DNA of 63,548 bases, the filler included, from Octopus bimaculoides (taxonomy: Eukaryota): NCBI RefSeq assembly GCF_001194135.2. It is 5 parts of 5 records of this genome, joined end to end, with 100 filler letters (N's around TTAATTAATTAA, not from the genome) between each part and the next. Parts side by side here need not be neighbours in the genome. Positions count along the whole stretch, not along the records: positions 1 to 25,787 come from NC_068981.1; 4 more parts are not named here. The stretch is one strand, 5' to 3'. This document shows, piece by piece, positions 1-12,912 of the stretch. How positions within the stretch are numbered: the first letter of the stretch is position 1; every line of letters begins with the position of its first letter. Position numbers and translations under genes: made by a program. A model generated the notes under the pieces. It saw only the letters and a program-made list of their open reading frames with translations. It was not told the DNA's origin and searched no databases.

Positions 1-40
<40 letters not shown>

Positions 41-60
41 GTATATATATTTATGTGTGT
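1..60. repeat. (TA)n/(TATG) microsatellite
   Basis: Direct reading. Confidence 0.95.
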
Positions 61-74
61 ATGTATGTTTATAG

Positions 75-481
75 CAGGTACGTGCCGCCTAGGTAGGTAA
101 GGTAGGCAGTGCCTACCTTAAATAAAATAGATCGATTGTAACATTATGCTCTCATGGCAAAATATGCGCCTAATTCAATAAAATTAAGGAGGTTAGTCTG
201 ATTACTGTGCTTAAAATGCAAAATGTTTTACTTTTTTTGTAGCTTCGGTAGGCATAATTCGCCCCCGTTTTCCAATACAGTACTTAAGCTACGCATAGTA
301 TTACTGTAATACACGTGTTGCCTACATTTCTACAACACCGTTTTCTTTACGTTCTATAAAGGCAGAAATATATCTGCCCCCAACTGAGTCGCGCGCCTGT
401 GGTTCGCTTATTTTATATGTGTTTTACTACATAAAGTTTGCCAACTGTATATCCTGAGTAATCACTGACGCCACGTACCTG
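75..481. mobile_element. hAT-like MITE
   Basis: Left end CAGGTACGTGccgcc; right end reverse-complements to CAGGTACGTGgcgtc (10-bp perfect TIR). No matching TSD visible; the right flank runs into a gap. Confidence 0.65.
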
Positions 482-1538
482 ATATATNNNNNNNNNNNNN
501 NNNNNNNNNNNNNNNNNNNNNNNNNNNNNNNNNNNNNNNNNNNNNNNNNNNNNNNNNNNNNNNNNNNNNNNNNNNNNNNNNNNNNNNNNNNNNNNNNNNN
601 NNNNNNNNNNNNNNNNNNNNNNNNNNNNNNNNNNNNNNNNNNNNNNNNNNNNNNNNNNNNNNNNNNNNNNNNNNNNNNNNNNNNNNNNNNNNNNNNNNNN
701 NNNNNNNNNNNNNNNNNNNNNNNNNNNNNNNNNNNNNNNNNNNNNNNNNNNNNNNNNNNNNNNNNNNNNNNNNNNNNNNNNNNNNNNNNNNNNNNNNNNN
801 NNNNNNNNNNNNNNNNNNNNNNNNNNNNNNNNNNNNNNNNNNNNNNNNNNNNNNNNNNNNNNNNNNNNNNNNNNNNNNNNNNNNNNNNNNNNNNNNNNNN
901 NNNNNNNNNNNNNNNNNNNNNNNNNNNNNNNNNNNNNNNNNNNNNNNNNNNNNNNNNNNNNNNNNNNNNNNNNNNNNNNNNNNNNNNNNNNNNNNNNNNN
1001 NNNNNNNNNNNNNNNNNNNNNNNNNNNNNNNNNNNNNNNNNNNNNNNNNNNNNNNNNNNNNNNNNNNNNNNNNNNNNNNNNNNNNNNNNNNNNNNNNNNN
1101 NNNNNNNNNNNNNNNNNNNNNNNNNNNNNNNNNNNNNNNNNNNNNNNNNNNNNNNNNNNNNNNNNNNNNNNNNNNNNNNNNNNNNNNNNNNNNNNNNNNN
1201 NNNNNNNNNNNNNNNNNNNNNNNNNNNNNNNNNNNNNNNNNNNNNNNNNNNNNNNNNNNNNNNNNNNNNNNNNNNNNNNNNNNNNNNNNNNNNNNNNNNN
1301 NNNNNNNNNNNNNNNNNNNNNNNNNNNNNNNNNNNNNNNNNNNNNNNNNNNNNNNNNNNNNNNNNNNNNNNNNNNNNNNNNNNNNNNNNNNNNNNNNNNN
1401 NNNNNNNNNNNNNNNNNNNNNNNNNNNNNNNNNNNNNNNNNNNNNNNNNNNNNNNNNNNNNNNNNNNNNNNNNNNNNACAACGACTGGGGCAAACTAGTC
1501 GGTATACAGCACTTACTCGGTATTACCTGTATCCTCTT

Positions 1539-1569
1539 GGGTTTGGTTAAATCCAATATCCTCCTCAAC
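1539..1569 (-). mobile_element. Terminus of the repeat family also at 61805-62375 (Penelope-like)
   Basis: 30/31 identical to 62345-62375; both copies lie next to (TA)n. Confidence 0.6.
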
Positions 1570-1570
1570 A

Positions 1571-1592
1571 ATATATATATATATATATATGT

Positions 1593-1624
<32 letters not shown>

Positions 1625-1642
1625 GCGTATGTGCGTGTGTGC

Positions 1643-1692
<50 letters not shown>
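1571..1692. repeat. (TA)n(TG)n compound microsatellite
   Basis: Direct reading. Confidence 0.95.
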
Positions 1693-2123
1693 ATGTTTGT
1701 ATTGTGGTATAAGTTTAGTATATACTCAAAAGTAGCCATAAATTTTATCTGTATACAAAATAGCAACATTGCTTAAAAACTTTCAACTATAATACTACCT
1801 AATATGACTTCCCCAGTTTCATTCTCAATGGTCTGCTGGTGGGCGACCCCTTAGTTGTCAGCCAACATCTCGTTTTAAGTTTTCCTTTACCAAACCTCAT
1901 GAGTTTATGACTATACCAATCATGATTTCTGTCTGTTCTCTCACTCATACTCCTAACAGATAATGTCCTTTATTCTCTTTAGCTTTAGATATAAAAGTTT
2001 TGATATTGTTATGTCTCGAGCAACTGCTATCTAGCGCCTTCGGATGATCTCTACTCAACCGCTACACAACTGCTGCTCGACTGCTACTTAACACCTACCA
2101 CGGACAGAGTACTTCTATTTATA

Positions 2124-2164
2124 TGTCTGAGGAGATCTTACTTCTTCGCCTGGGGGCGTCGACA
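2124..2164 (+). ncRNA. Decayed hammerhead-ribozyme-like motif (GAAA missing)
   Basis: tgt-CTGAGGA-gatcttacttctt-CGCC-tggg-GGCG-TC-gaca: core 5' half, stem III, GUC triplet and a partial stem I are present; GAAA is absent. Confidence 0.3.
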
Positions 2165-2848
2165 CAATAGATATGATAGTTTATAAATCTAAATTAAAAA
2201 AAAAAACAGATAAAAATAAGTGAGAGGCACAGTCTTCTTTGACATTTTATTTATTAGCTTCCATGGTGTGGCTAAAGCAAGATGTTCTCTGTCTGTCTCC
2301 CTAAGCTCTGGGAGATCTTAGGTATTATTATACTAATATGTCCATTTGTTCTAATTTAATTAAATTCTATGTCTTTGTGCAGCTGAAGATTGCTCTGCAT
2401 TTTAAATTGATGAAATGATTACATTGTTCAATTAAATGGAGTTGCATGAAACTATCGTACTGCATTACCTTTAGATATCCTTCTTGCTTATTTTGATTTG
2501 ATATATTCATACATACATACATACATACATACGTACATATATATATATATATAGATCGNNNNNNNNNNNNNNNNNNNNNNNNNNNNNNNNNNNNNNNNNN
2601 NNNNNNNNNNNNNNNNNNNNNNNNNNNNNNNNNNNNNNNNNNNNNNNNNNNNNNNNNNNNNNNNNNNNNNNNNNNNNNNNNNNNNNNNNNNNNNNNNNNN
2701 NNNNNNNNNNNNNNNNNNNNNNNNNNNNNNNNNNNNNNNNNNNNNNNNNNNNNNNNNNNNNNNNNNNNNNNNNNNNNNNNNNNNNNNNNNNNNNNNNNNN
2801 NNNNNNNNNNNNNNNNNNNNNNNNNNNNNNNNNNNNNNNNNNNNNNNN

Positions 2849-2890
<42 letters not shown>

Positions 2891-4167
2891 CCACTCTGTA
2901 TTTTTGTAACTCACTGCGTATACACACACACACACTCACGCACTCACACAGGCACATAAACACGCACGTGCACAGATATATGTAGTGTCTGTGTCTTTTT
3001 GTGTGCTTATAAGCATGGTTTTGCACATACGAGGGCGTGAGGAATGTAATAAATGGGCGTAGTGTGATTAATTTAGTAAAAACTATGATTTGTTTCCTGA
3101 TTAGGAAGGAATATGTAAATTATTGTTTTGTTATAATCTCAGCTCATATTGAAATGATGATTAAATATTGTTTTGTAATTATGTATTATCTATGCAATTA
3201 TTCAGCCAATTTTTCTATTACACTTAAAACTTACATTCTTTTCTTTTAAATTACCTCATCTTCCAATTAAACTTCTATTTTTTTCTGCTCGACAAGATTT
3301 ATTCTCTTGTTTATTGGAATACGGTGTTGTGCATTTCACATCACTCGGAGGATCACAGCTGTATTCTTAATTATATATTTAATTTATGGATTTTCACACC
3401 AAAATGAATCCACACTCATTACCCCATATTTCCATATTAGTGTGTTTACATAAGCATGCATAAGTGTATACGTGTATGTACATATACTTGTTAGCATGCA
3501 TGCATATATATNNNNNNNNNNNNNNNNNNNNNNNNNNNNNNNNNNNNNNNNNNNNNNNNNNNNNNNNNNNNNNNNNNNNNNNNNNNNNNNNNNNNNNNNN
3601 NNNNNNNNNTATATATATATACTTACGTACGTGTGTGTAAGTATTACGTAATTTTATTAAAGTTTCCTTCGTTATTTCGAAACCATTTTTGTTCGATATC
3701 TTAATTATTTCAAGAAGGATTTACTTCGTCAAAGTTTCATTAATTTTCAGAATTTTATTGTTTTATGCAAATATTTATCTAATATTAGCTGAAATGAAAA
3801 GCCCTCTTTTTATCAACATTTTGTAAATGATTATGAGCGTAGAATATCTATTTTTTTGTTCCATTTTTAATTAATCGTATATTTTTCCTTTTCCTTGTTG
3901 TAGGCGTAGGACATTGGGAAAATATTTCATGAATTGAATCTACCTACTTATTTCCATTTTTCGTCACAATTATTAGTCTATTTTGAAAATATATGAAAAA
4001 TTACTATACCTTCAGTTTTGAAATTAAGAGAGGTTAGGGTTATATTTTGCTGAAACCACATTTGAATATATTTGAAACCTTCGTTTCTTAATTCATCAAA
4101 TCACACGGATGTGTGAAATGTATGTCTTTCGTTCAATAGCAAACAAGAAACCTAAAATCCATACGCG

Positions 4168-4201
<34 letters not shown>

Positions 4202-4824
4202 TGTATATATGTATATATATATGTATATATACATGTACAAATGTGAGTTTGTGTGTGCGCATGTGCACAGACACGCAGGCGTACGCACGCACACGCACAT
4301 ACCACGCTCGCGCACTCAAACACACTCACGCACATAATGTGAGAGTGACTGATATGCGAGATTTGAACATTACATCACCATAAGGAATTTAGCAGCGTTA
4401 TCTCTTGTTTATGGCAACGCATTTGGTACACACTGCAGAAATATAAATCAAGCAAATGTACATACATTGCATGATTTTATTCTTATTGTTATTTCAAACA
4501 AAGACTATAGCTCTCTTACATCGCTGCAATTAACTTAATAAATTTCTTATTTGCAATAATTGTTTTGTCACTATATGATATCTCGATAATGTAGTATCAA
4601 ATTCACATGTTCGGTATCATCTTGATAAATGTATTTCACATCTTATATTGTGCATACTTAATGACCAAATTGTTTACTGTTCTGAAATATAGACGCATGT
4701 TATCGTCTTAAAAGTAACATAAACTTCGATGTTATTCTTGCAATACAATGGACGATCTGTTTACACTGTGCGTTAAATTTTTAAAGAATATATATCTGCT
4801 TCTCATAATTTAATGAAATTTTCA

Positions 4825-4946
4825 TTTTGTGTAACATATTCAAGTAATTATTTTGTGTAACATATTCAAGTAATTATTTTGTGTAATATATTTGTGTAAC
4901 ATATTCAAAATGTAAACATTTTGTGTAACATATACAAGTAACTATT
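4825..4946. repeat. 26-bp tandem repeat (TTTTGTGTAACATATTCAAGTAATTA), about 4-5 imperfect copies
   Basis: Direct reading. Confidence 0.85.
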
Positions 4947-7629
4947 CTACTTATCCTATCATTTTATTGGATAAAAATTAATGTTTTATTTTTCTCTCAA
5001 TTAATATTTTACCAGTTATACTCATCCCTCTACGTACAAGATAGCTGCTACTTTCAGAAAGTAGCGTCAGCAAGATGGTGATTTAATTTAGCACTACCTG
5101 AAATATATAACTGGAAAACCGGATCTCAAGTGTTTACCAGAAACGCACTAAACACCCATCTAATATATAAATATACCTTATACGAATTTGACCTTTTACT
5201 GAGTTGAAAAATGAAAATATTTTGACATTTGATAAGGCCAACATTTAACTTATGTTAATTGATACCGTTAATATGTTCAATTCCAGATTGAAAAGAAATC
5301 TTAATGCAAGTTCAAATGCTGATACGTATGAAAATAATTTGTCTCTTTTTACTATATACGTCACTTATACTTTAGGATTCAATCAAACTGTGCTTTGTCA
5401 TAGAAATGTAGCATTGATGAGGACATGTGTACTATGCAATCGTTCATAGACTGATAAACGGCAAAGCTGCATATAACAAAATACGTTTTAAACTACTCAT
5501 CCCTATTTTAGAAATACGTGATATAAGTACTGAAGAGAATAAACTGTATCTTCTCTTCCACAATGAGATATATTACAAAGTAGCATATCAGTATCATACA
5601 TCTAGGGACAATCGTTGTAGAAGAAGACGTAAACTATGAAACCAAAATCGAAAGGATATCTCCTTTATCGCACAGCCCGAAGATCTATTTCTCTCTAGAC
5701 TATAGCCAATATTTCTACTTTCTTTTCAACACCATCTCTACAAATTTGCAACGTCGGTTTCCCCACATGTTTCAATAAAGTTGGCTATCTTGTTCTGCCT
5801 CTAGGAAACCTCTACACTTTGCATCCACTTTATGTTACGTACACTAGGTAAATATTCAAAGAAAACATTCCGTTTATTTCACAGATTTCTTTGCATTGTC
5901 GTCAAATAATCGCCGCAGCGTATACACTGCACTCGCTAAAACCTTAAACCATTTTGTCTTTCTCTGTTTTTTTCTATCTGTCTCTTTACTCTTTCTTGTC
6001 AGACGTTTATCCCACTCTTCCGTTACACGCTACAGAGTATTCTATTCTTGAGATGAACCCTACTGAGACCACACACATTTCTAACATCTCAAAGTTGATA
6101 GAGAAATTTCACTTTGTCTAACACTCTATCTCATTTGTCCTCCCTTGTTGCCTTCTAATATTCTCTCTCATCTTATGAACTCCTTGTTACATGTAAGGCA
6201 AAGCATTCCTCCCTATAATGTTGGCCCTCTTGGTTCATTCCTTTTTCTCTGTAGCATTCAGATTAGAATTGTTCAAGAAGAAAATGAAAGCCATATGAAA
6301 GCCTGAAAAGCCTTCGGCCCTTTCCTCTTAAAGCCCGAAATACAATCTAATTGGGAAATATCGGATTAGGGAACCTATTTTATGTTATAATATATTGATA
6401 TAGACATGAATTTCACAGTTTTCTGAAACTTCAGGACATTTTGATAGCCAAATAAACTGCGAGTAAGGGTAACTTTAATTTTCAGTGAAAATTCTTGTGT
6501 TGCACTTTTCTTCAGAGGTTCCATCAATTCACTAAATATTAAACGTATTCAATATAAGACAAAGATAAGAAACTTGTTCTTGATGGACACTTCCAATTTT
6601 AATGAATTTTGTTGAAGAATTCTAAACCAGAATCGAGATGATTTCATGATCCGGTTTGAATGTTAGTTGCAGCAACATTTTTCCCCATACAAGAATTATG
6701 CACTTTCGAAAATTAGGAGACGTCATCGCTCATATTTTCATTTCGTATAGAATATCTTTGGTCCCATGCCTAGTCGATGTTATTCGAAACGTACTTTTGT
6801 ATGAAAGTCCTAAATTTTGAAAATGATAAAAGAAATTGGCAGAAAAACGTAAGCTTTTCTGTGAATGACTTCATTGTAACGCGCAGCAAAACACATGTAA
6901 CAGCATTGCGTTATCTCGTCACATTAGTTTCAGGTCCAGATCGAACTTGGATTTTATTCTTCTATTATTGGAAAAATGTATGCCAGGCCTTTATTGCACT
7001 AGAAGTAAATTGTTATTCCCACTTACAAAATGTATGCACTTGTAAGAAGGATTCAAATATCAGTTCATATGCTCTGAGAAGGGGTATGTTATATCATTCC
7101 TGTCAGAATATTTGATTTCCATGTCCCACATCTTCTAAGAAGCATGTTTGAGCTATATCAATTATCTTAGCATTTGTTCGATTCACTATCTTTTCTGTCA
7201 TTTTTCTAAATCCATTATATTCATAAAGAAGTCCCTATAAAACATATAACTTTACCTCTTTTAATAACGTCACATAGCCAATTCTATGTCGGATTAGATC
7301 ATTGCTACATTTTGCGAATTCTAGTTTTATCTAAGAAAATTTTAGCGAGACATATCGTGAAGTTAGATTTTGTGTGTTGTCTGTATATTTCCCGTTCTAA
7401 GAAAAGGTGATTTAAGAACATACTTTCTGGAGATCTTTCTTTCTTTCTGTTGGTTTCTCTGTTTATATAGCAGTTTCTGTTTGATTGTATGTCTGCCGCA
7501 TTTTTGACCTCGCTTGGATTGTCATGTGAGAACATTTATGTTTTCTCTTCATGTACAGAATTCCAGCAGCTGCTTAAGTGTAGCTATTGCGTTCTATTTG
7601 CTGTTCGCAACAGCAGCAACAACATCTCA

Positions 7630-7630
<1 letters not shown>

Positions 7631-7684
<54 letters not shown>

Positions 7685-7830
7685 TACCACCACCATNNNN
7701 NNNNNNNNNNNNNNNNNNNNNNNNNNNNNNNNNNNNNNNNNNNNNNNNNNNNNNNNNNNNNNNNNNNNNNNNNNNNNNNNNNNNNNNNNNNNNNNNNNNN
7801 NNNNNNNNNNNNNNNNNNNNNNNNNNNNNN

Positions 7831-7900
<70 letters not shown>
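7631..7900. repeat. (ACT)n/(GCT)n microsatellite spanning a gap
   Basis: Direct reading. Confidence 0.95.
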
Positions 7901-7902
<2 letters not shown>

Positions 7903-8113
7903 TCTAAGTATAGTTTTAAGTATGATACATAGATGACTATTGTAATTTAAGCTTTTAGTCCCATATACTGAAATCCACACACACAGACACATAAATTCAC
8001 ACATATATGTGTGTATATACATGTATATATATATATTCATGTATACATACATATATATGTATGTGTGTGTGAGTGTGTGTGTGTGTGTGTGTGCGTGATC
8101 ATGTATGTATGTA

Positions 8114-8605
8114 CGGGGGGTGTTCTTTAAAGATTTCCCCTGACCTGGTTCACAAGGACTGGGATAAACGAAATTTCGCATAATTATTAGTCCTTCTTTA
8201 CAAAGTTACCACTAAAGGTGACACACTTCTCCCATCGTTTATGCAGCTGGGAACACCTATTCTGTAGAATCGTCTGGAGCCAAGACTTTGCCTCGGAAAT
8301 AAGTTCATCATCACCCGAAAAGGTTTTCTCCTCCAAAAAAGTCTTCATGGATGGAAACAGGGGGAAGTCAGATGGTGCAAGGTCGAGAGAGAAAAGGGGA
8401 TGAGGAAGGATTTGATAACTGCAGGAGTGTGTTTTCATCTGAGTAACATGCGCATTGTGAACTGGGGAGTTGTCTGAGAAGCATAATATGTCCTGTTAAT
8501 TGCGGTGCCCTCTTCCAGAAAATTCACCATCACTACTCCGCGCTAGTCCCAAAAGACTGTGAGCCTCACCTTACCTGCTAAGGGTTGGACACAGGCCTTC
8601 TTTTA
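8114..8605 (-). mobile_element. mariner (DD34D) 3' fragment with one TIR
   Basis: Translates to AGKVRLTVFWD..GVVMVNFLEEG and HPLFSLDLAPSDFPLFPSMK...KRWEKCV..SGNFV; TA followed by CGGGGGGTGTTC terminus at 8112-8125. Confidence 0.85.
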
Positions 8606-8889
8606 AAAATGCGTATGTCTGTATTTCTGTTAATGAACTTCCATAAATTGTAAACAAAGAAGCTTCGATTAAAGCGCTCTCTTTATCAAATAATATCACT
8701 ATGCTTATAGCTAGTAATTGCCACTACTGTTGCAATGCATCGGTGGATGAATGAAGACACTTGGAAAGAAATCCTCGGACAGCTCTCTCCATCCTATCAT
8801 AGGTATTGAGGCAGATTTTATAGTTCTGATATCACACAATGACTGCACCTGTTCCATAACTCTACTTGAACAGAATATCATCGAACATA

Positions 8890-9330
8890 ACGACTCATGA
8901 CAGAACGTCAGACATGGCTATTTTGTCAGAAATAAAAGGCTACCATTTCTAGGAAGGTTTGGTATTTGAAATCCCGGAACATGAAGCAAAAAACGAACGG
9001 GATAGGGTTAAACCTTAGTAAGACAACCGATACCAGAGCCTGCGAAATTAAAATAGATGATGGGATCCATGGAGCATGACACGTTCTCCAGGATGCAAAG
9101 CAATGGGAAATCGTTAGATTACTACAATTCATAGAAAATATTTTCTCACATACAGAAAGTTATATATATGCAGGGATAATGATGGAATGATTCTCCAAAA
9201 TATCGAGAATTATTGGACAATAGTTCCCCTCAGAATATCGATATCATAAAAGTTACCAACACAGTATATCACTGGGGAAAGATATATGCTAAAATATGTG
9301 TAATACATTGCCTAAAATGAGACATGCTAT
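8890..9330 (+). mobile_element. Heavily decayed LINE reverse-transcriptase fragment (RTE-like)
   Basis: SDMAILSE...GIGLNLSKT...IKIDDG...SYIYAG resembles the post-YADD region of RT; frameshifts and stops are present. Confidence 0.35.
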
Positions 9331-10048
9331 AGTCATCTGGGTGTGAAAAAATAGTAATTAATCTCAGATCTAGAAAACAATTAAAGTTGGCAATGGGAAT
9401 TTAAAAGAAAATGTCTATAACGGACAAATGTGATATCCGTACATACAACATATGGACTGTGAATCAAGTATGAAATGTAATTAAATACTTCAGTAGTAGT
9501 ACAGAGAAAAGGTTGACAAAAACAGAAACAGATATATCCGTGAAATTAGGAAAACAGAAGATTAGATGTTTACAAGCCATTAATGCACTAAAAATATGGA
9601 GTTTAACTTCGTGTATTTATACATAAAAATCTGTTCACTCATACAAAAATGTGTATTTGTATTCAGACATTAATAGAAAATTAATACAAGCAAGGACATG
9701 CATGGGTATACACAAATGCACAGTGCATGTTATCATAAGCATACCTATACACTTATGTGTTTGCATACATACACGCATACATAGAAATATATACATATAT
9801 TCATTCACCTGTAATTGTTATCTAACTGAAAGATAATTGGTTCTGAATAGAAGATTCAGTGTTCCATATTAAGAAGAAACGAAAAAATTCACCACAAGAT
9901 ACCTATACAAATCTGCATACAAGACCCACGTTAAATTCCTCACTCGTATCTTTATTATCGAACCTAGCGTTTCACCACGGTCTATCCATAGCACTTACTT
10001 AATATTACCTGACATTCTTTGGGTCTTCTAAACACCAATACGTCTCAC

Positions 10049-10094
<46 letters not shown>

Positions 10095-10150
10095 CATATG
10101 CGTGTGTGTATGTGTATTTGAATAAAAGAAGGGTAAAAAAGAATTGCGGT

Positions 10151-10248
10151 TTGTTGCCTTGTATATTTCCTGTCACGCCTTATATCGCACACATATTGCA
10201 TAACCTTAGTCGGAAAATTATCAGGGTGCAAATAAATGACAGCAGGAA
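10151..10248 (+). repeat. 98-bp inverted-repeat arm 1
   Basis: 96/98 identical to the reverse complement of 11955-12052. Confidence 0.95.
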
Positions 10249-10336
10249 ACCACAATTCGAATATTTAATATTATACATATTAAGGTAGATCTCTTGCTAA
10301 CCGCCTCATTATTACTGTTTTTAACACCAATAATGC

Positions 10337-10375
<39 letters not shown>

Positions 10376-11021
10376 TATATACATACATACACGTATATTC
10401 CAACCGAAAGATACGTAATTAGACACAAATAGCCACTCTCACACAATCACACACTCACACTCACATCATCACTACGACGCGCCCGCCCGCCCACCAACAT
10501 GCATACACACATACATACACACACACATACACAAACACACACAGAGGACGAAAAAGCGGAAATACAAATTAGCATTTTCCTTTCAGTATTTGAATGTTTT
10601 CTGCTGACTATTATTTTCACGAGTAATTTATATCTAACTATACATCAAGTACTAACCTATTCATCAAGTACTAACCTATTCATCATTTACTCATTTTAGA
10701 AGATTTCCTCTGGAGATTACATATCGTTCCTATTTTACAGATAAATATTTCAAACAAATACCTATGCATCATACAGCTTAATACACGGCGAAAGAACATA
10801 TATGTGATATAGCACCTATAAATAATTACATATCACACAATGCATAGTTTTACTGGGTGTGTTTAAACTAAACAATCGCATTTAATAATCTTTGGAAACA
10901 CCTGAGCCGGTCATCAGGTACAATTCCTTACAGAAATGTTTACTATTCTATTGAGAATGAATCACTCTAATGTTAATCAAAATGTTTCCGTAAAATAAGT
11001 TTAATTATAATAAGAATTTGT

Positions 11022-11231
11022 TCTTCTTAAAAGACAAGGCTTGAAATTTTGCGGGAAGGGACTAGTCGATTACATTGATCACAGTGAGTAACTGGTACTT
11101 GTTTCAGCGCCCCCGAAAGGATGAAAGGCAAATTCGACCCTGGAGGATTTTGAACTTAGAACGTAAGGACAGACGAAATGCCGCTATGCAGTTTGTCCGG
11201 CGTGCTAACGATTCTGTCAGCGCACCGCCTT
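11022..11231 (-). mobile_element. tRNA-derived SINE family A
   Basis: Head aaggcggtgcgctgacagaa, B-box-like aagttcaaaatcc, core gcctttcatcctttcgggg shared with many copies. Confidence 0.85.
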
Positions 11232-11286
11232 GAATATCTTTAATAATAGTAATAATACTATAAAGATATGTTTTAAATATTAATGA

Positions 11287-11655
11287 CTTGTTTCATTTAT
11301 TGGACTGCAGCCATGCACCATATTGAAGAGATTTTGGAGTCAGACGAATCGACTTGAGTACTTTATATTTTAAAACCTGGTACATATTCAATCACTGGCT
11401 TTTGCTGACCGGCTAGGTTACAGAGACGAAACAAACTAACATGAACACAAAATCATACGCCCACATACAAAAACACAAAAACACACGTACACATACACAT
11501 ATTTACATGTCATGAGCTTCTTTCAGTTTCCGTCCAATAAAAATCTACATCTAAAGTTTGGCCGGCCCAAGGCTATAGAAGGAGATACATGCCCAAGGTA
11601 CCAAGCAGTGGAACTGAATACGAAACAATGTGGCTGGGGAGCAAACATCTTACCA
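11287..11655 (-). mobile_element. tRNA-derived SINE family B (diverged)
   Basis: Colinear with the copy at 46511-46946. Confidence 0.75.
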
Positions 11656-11954
11656 TAGATCAACGCTTGCGATTATGCAATATTTCAGTGTAGCCCAAGC
11701 TGTTAGTGTTCGATTTAGGGAATTGCTGGTGTGACAACGATACGAAGAGGTTTAAAATAAAATGCGGCAAAATGCTAGAAAAACTTGTAAGACAAAGAAT
11801 GATGAAAAAGTGTGAACCGGAAAGATATGGAGATGAAATGTCACTCATAGAAATATCTATAAATTTATTACACAATAATAAGGCTGCAAATTAATTTAAT
11901 ATTGTACTGTGAGAGCACATAGAAGTCAGAAGCGTTTCTAAATAAGCAGACGCA

Positions 11955-12052
11955 TTCCTGCTGTCATTTATTTGCACCCCGATAATTTTCCGACTAAGGT
12001 TATGCAATATGTGTGTGATATAAGGCGTGACAGGAAATATACAAGGCAACAA
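11955..12052 (-). repeat. 98-bp inverted-repeat arm 2
   Basis: See arm 1. Confidence 0.95.
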
Positions 12053-12104
12053 TAGGCCGCAACTACGGAGTTTCTATATTCGTGTCATATATACCTCTAT
12101 GTTG

Positions 12105-12476
12105 TGGTCAGATGTTAGGGGTAATGTGGTCGCACAAATTGACTGACACCCATGACTGCGTTCTCCTGTTTGTGTGGCATGGTGCAGAGTCCTGTTGCCA
12201 GACATAGGTTGCTCCAGCAGCTACCCTCTTGACCCAGGGCAGTACTAACTTCTCCAGGCACCTGATGTAGGTCTCCGGGGTTGAATATGAGGGCGTGTGG
12301 GAAGATGAATGGAGGAATAACGTCGCCATCACTTATGGTTACTCCAAACACCATGATGTTAGACTGGACGTTTGATTTTTCTCATTCCCAGTACATGTCC
12401 TCAAATTGCACTGTGCGCAGATTGACACCCAAACACTCTGAAATGTTCGTATTGGAGCTTCCAGCACGAATGCAAA
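12105..12476 (-). mobile_element. Internally deleted maT (DD37D) transposase fragment
   Basis: MVFGVTISDGDVIPPFIFPH and VWQQDSAPCH; homologous to 50257-51303. Confidence 0.85.
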
Positions 12477-12503
12477 GCATTCACACACAAACACACACAC
12501 ATC

Positions 12504-12676
12504 TAGTGTGCGATGAGTAAATTGTTGCCATTTTATATTTTTCATTTCGTGCATGCGCATTGTTTGCTTTTGATTTTGTCGACTACACAGTATAGTACGG
12601 TCAGTTGGGTACCGTCTGTGAGAAAAAAAAAACACCACCATCATGCAATTCACGACAATATATTCACTACAACCTG
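12504..12676 (+). mobile_element. About 170-bp maT-derived MITE (left TIR, 5' leader through the ATG, right TIR)
   Basis: Interior matches the leader and ATG of the 50-51 kb maT copy; both ends resemble TIR CAGGGTGTGGTAAATAAACTGTCG; TA at 12677-12678. Confidence 0.65.
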
Positions 12677-12873
12677 TATGTATATATANNNNNNNNNNNN
12701 NNNNNNNNNNNNNNNNNNNNNNNNNNNNNNNNNNNNNNNNNNNNNNNNNNNNNNNNNNNNNNNNNNNNNNNNNNNNNNNNNNNNNNNNNNNNNNNNNNNN
12801 NNNNNNNNNNNNNNNNNNNNNNNNNNNNNNNNNNNNNNNNNNNNNNNNNNNNNNNNNNNNNNNNNNNNNNNNN

Positions 12874-12912
<39 letters not shown>

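Noticed and set aside
462-1769. Long ORFs of X, or of YI, HT and CV repeats, across the track (also 16858-18191, 32218-32787 and others)
   Set aside because: They are translations of N gaps and di- or tetranucleotide repeats that lack stop codons.
5650-6270. Possible decayed minus-strand ORF (FEYLPSVRNIKW...KIANFIETCGE)
   Set aside because: It looks like a coding remnant, but has many stops and no motif I can assign; needs BLASTX.
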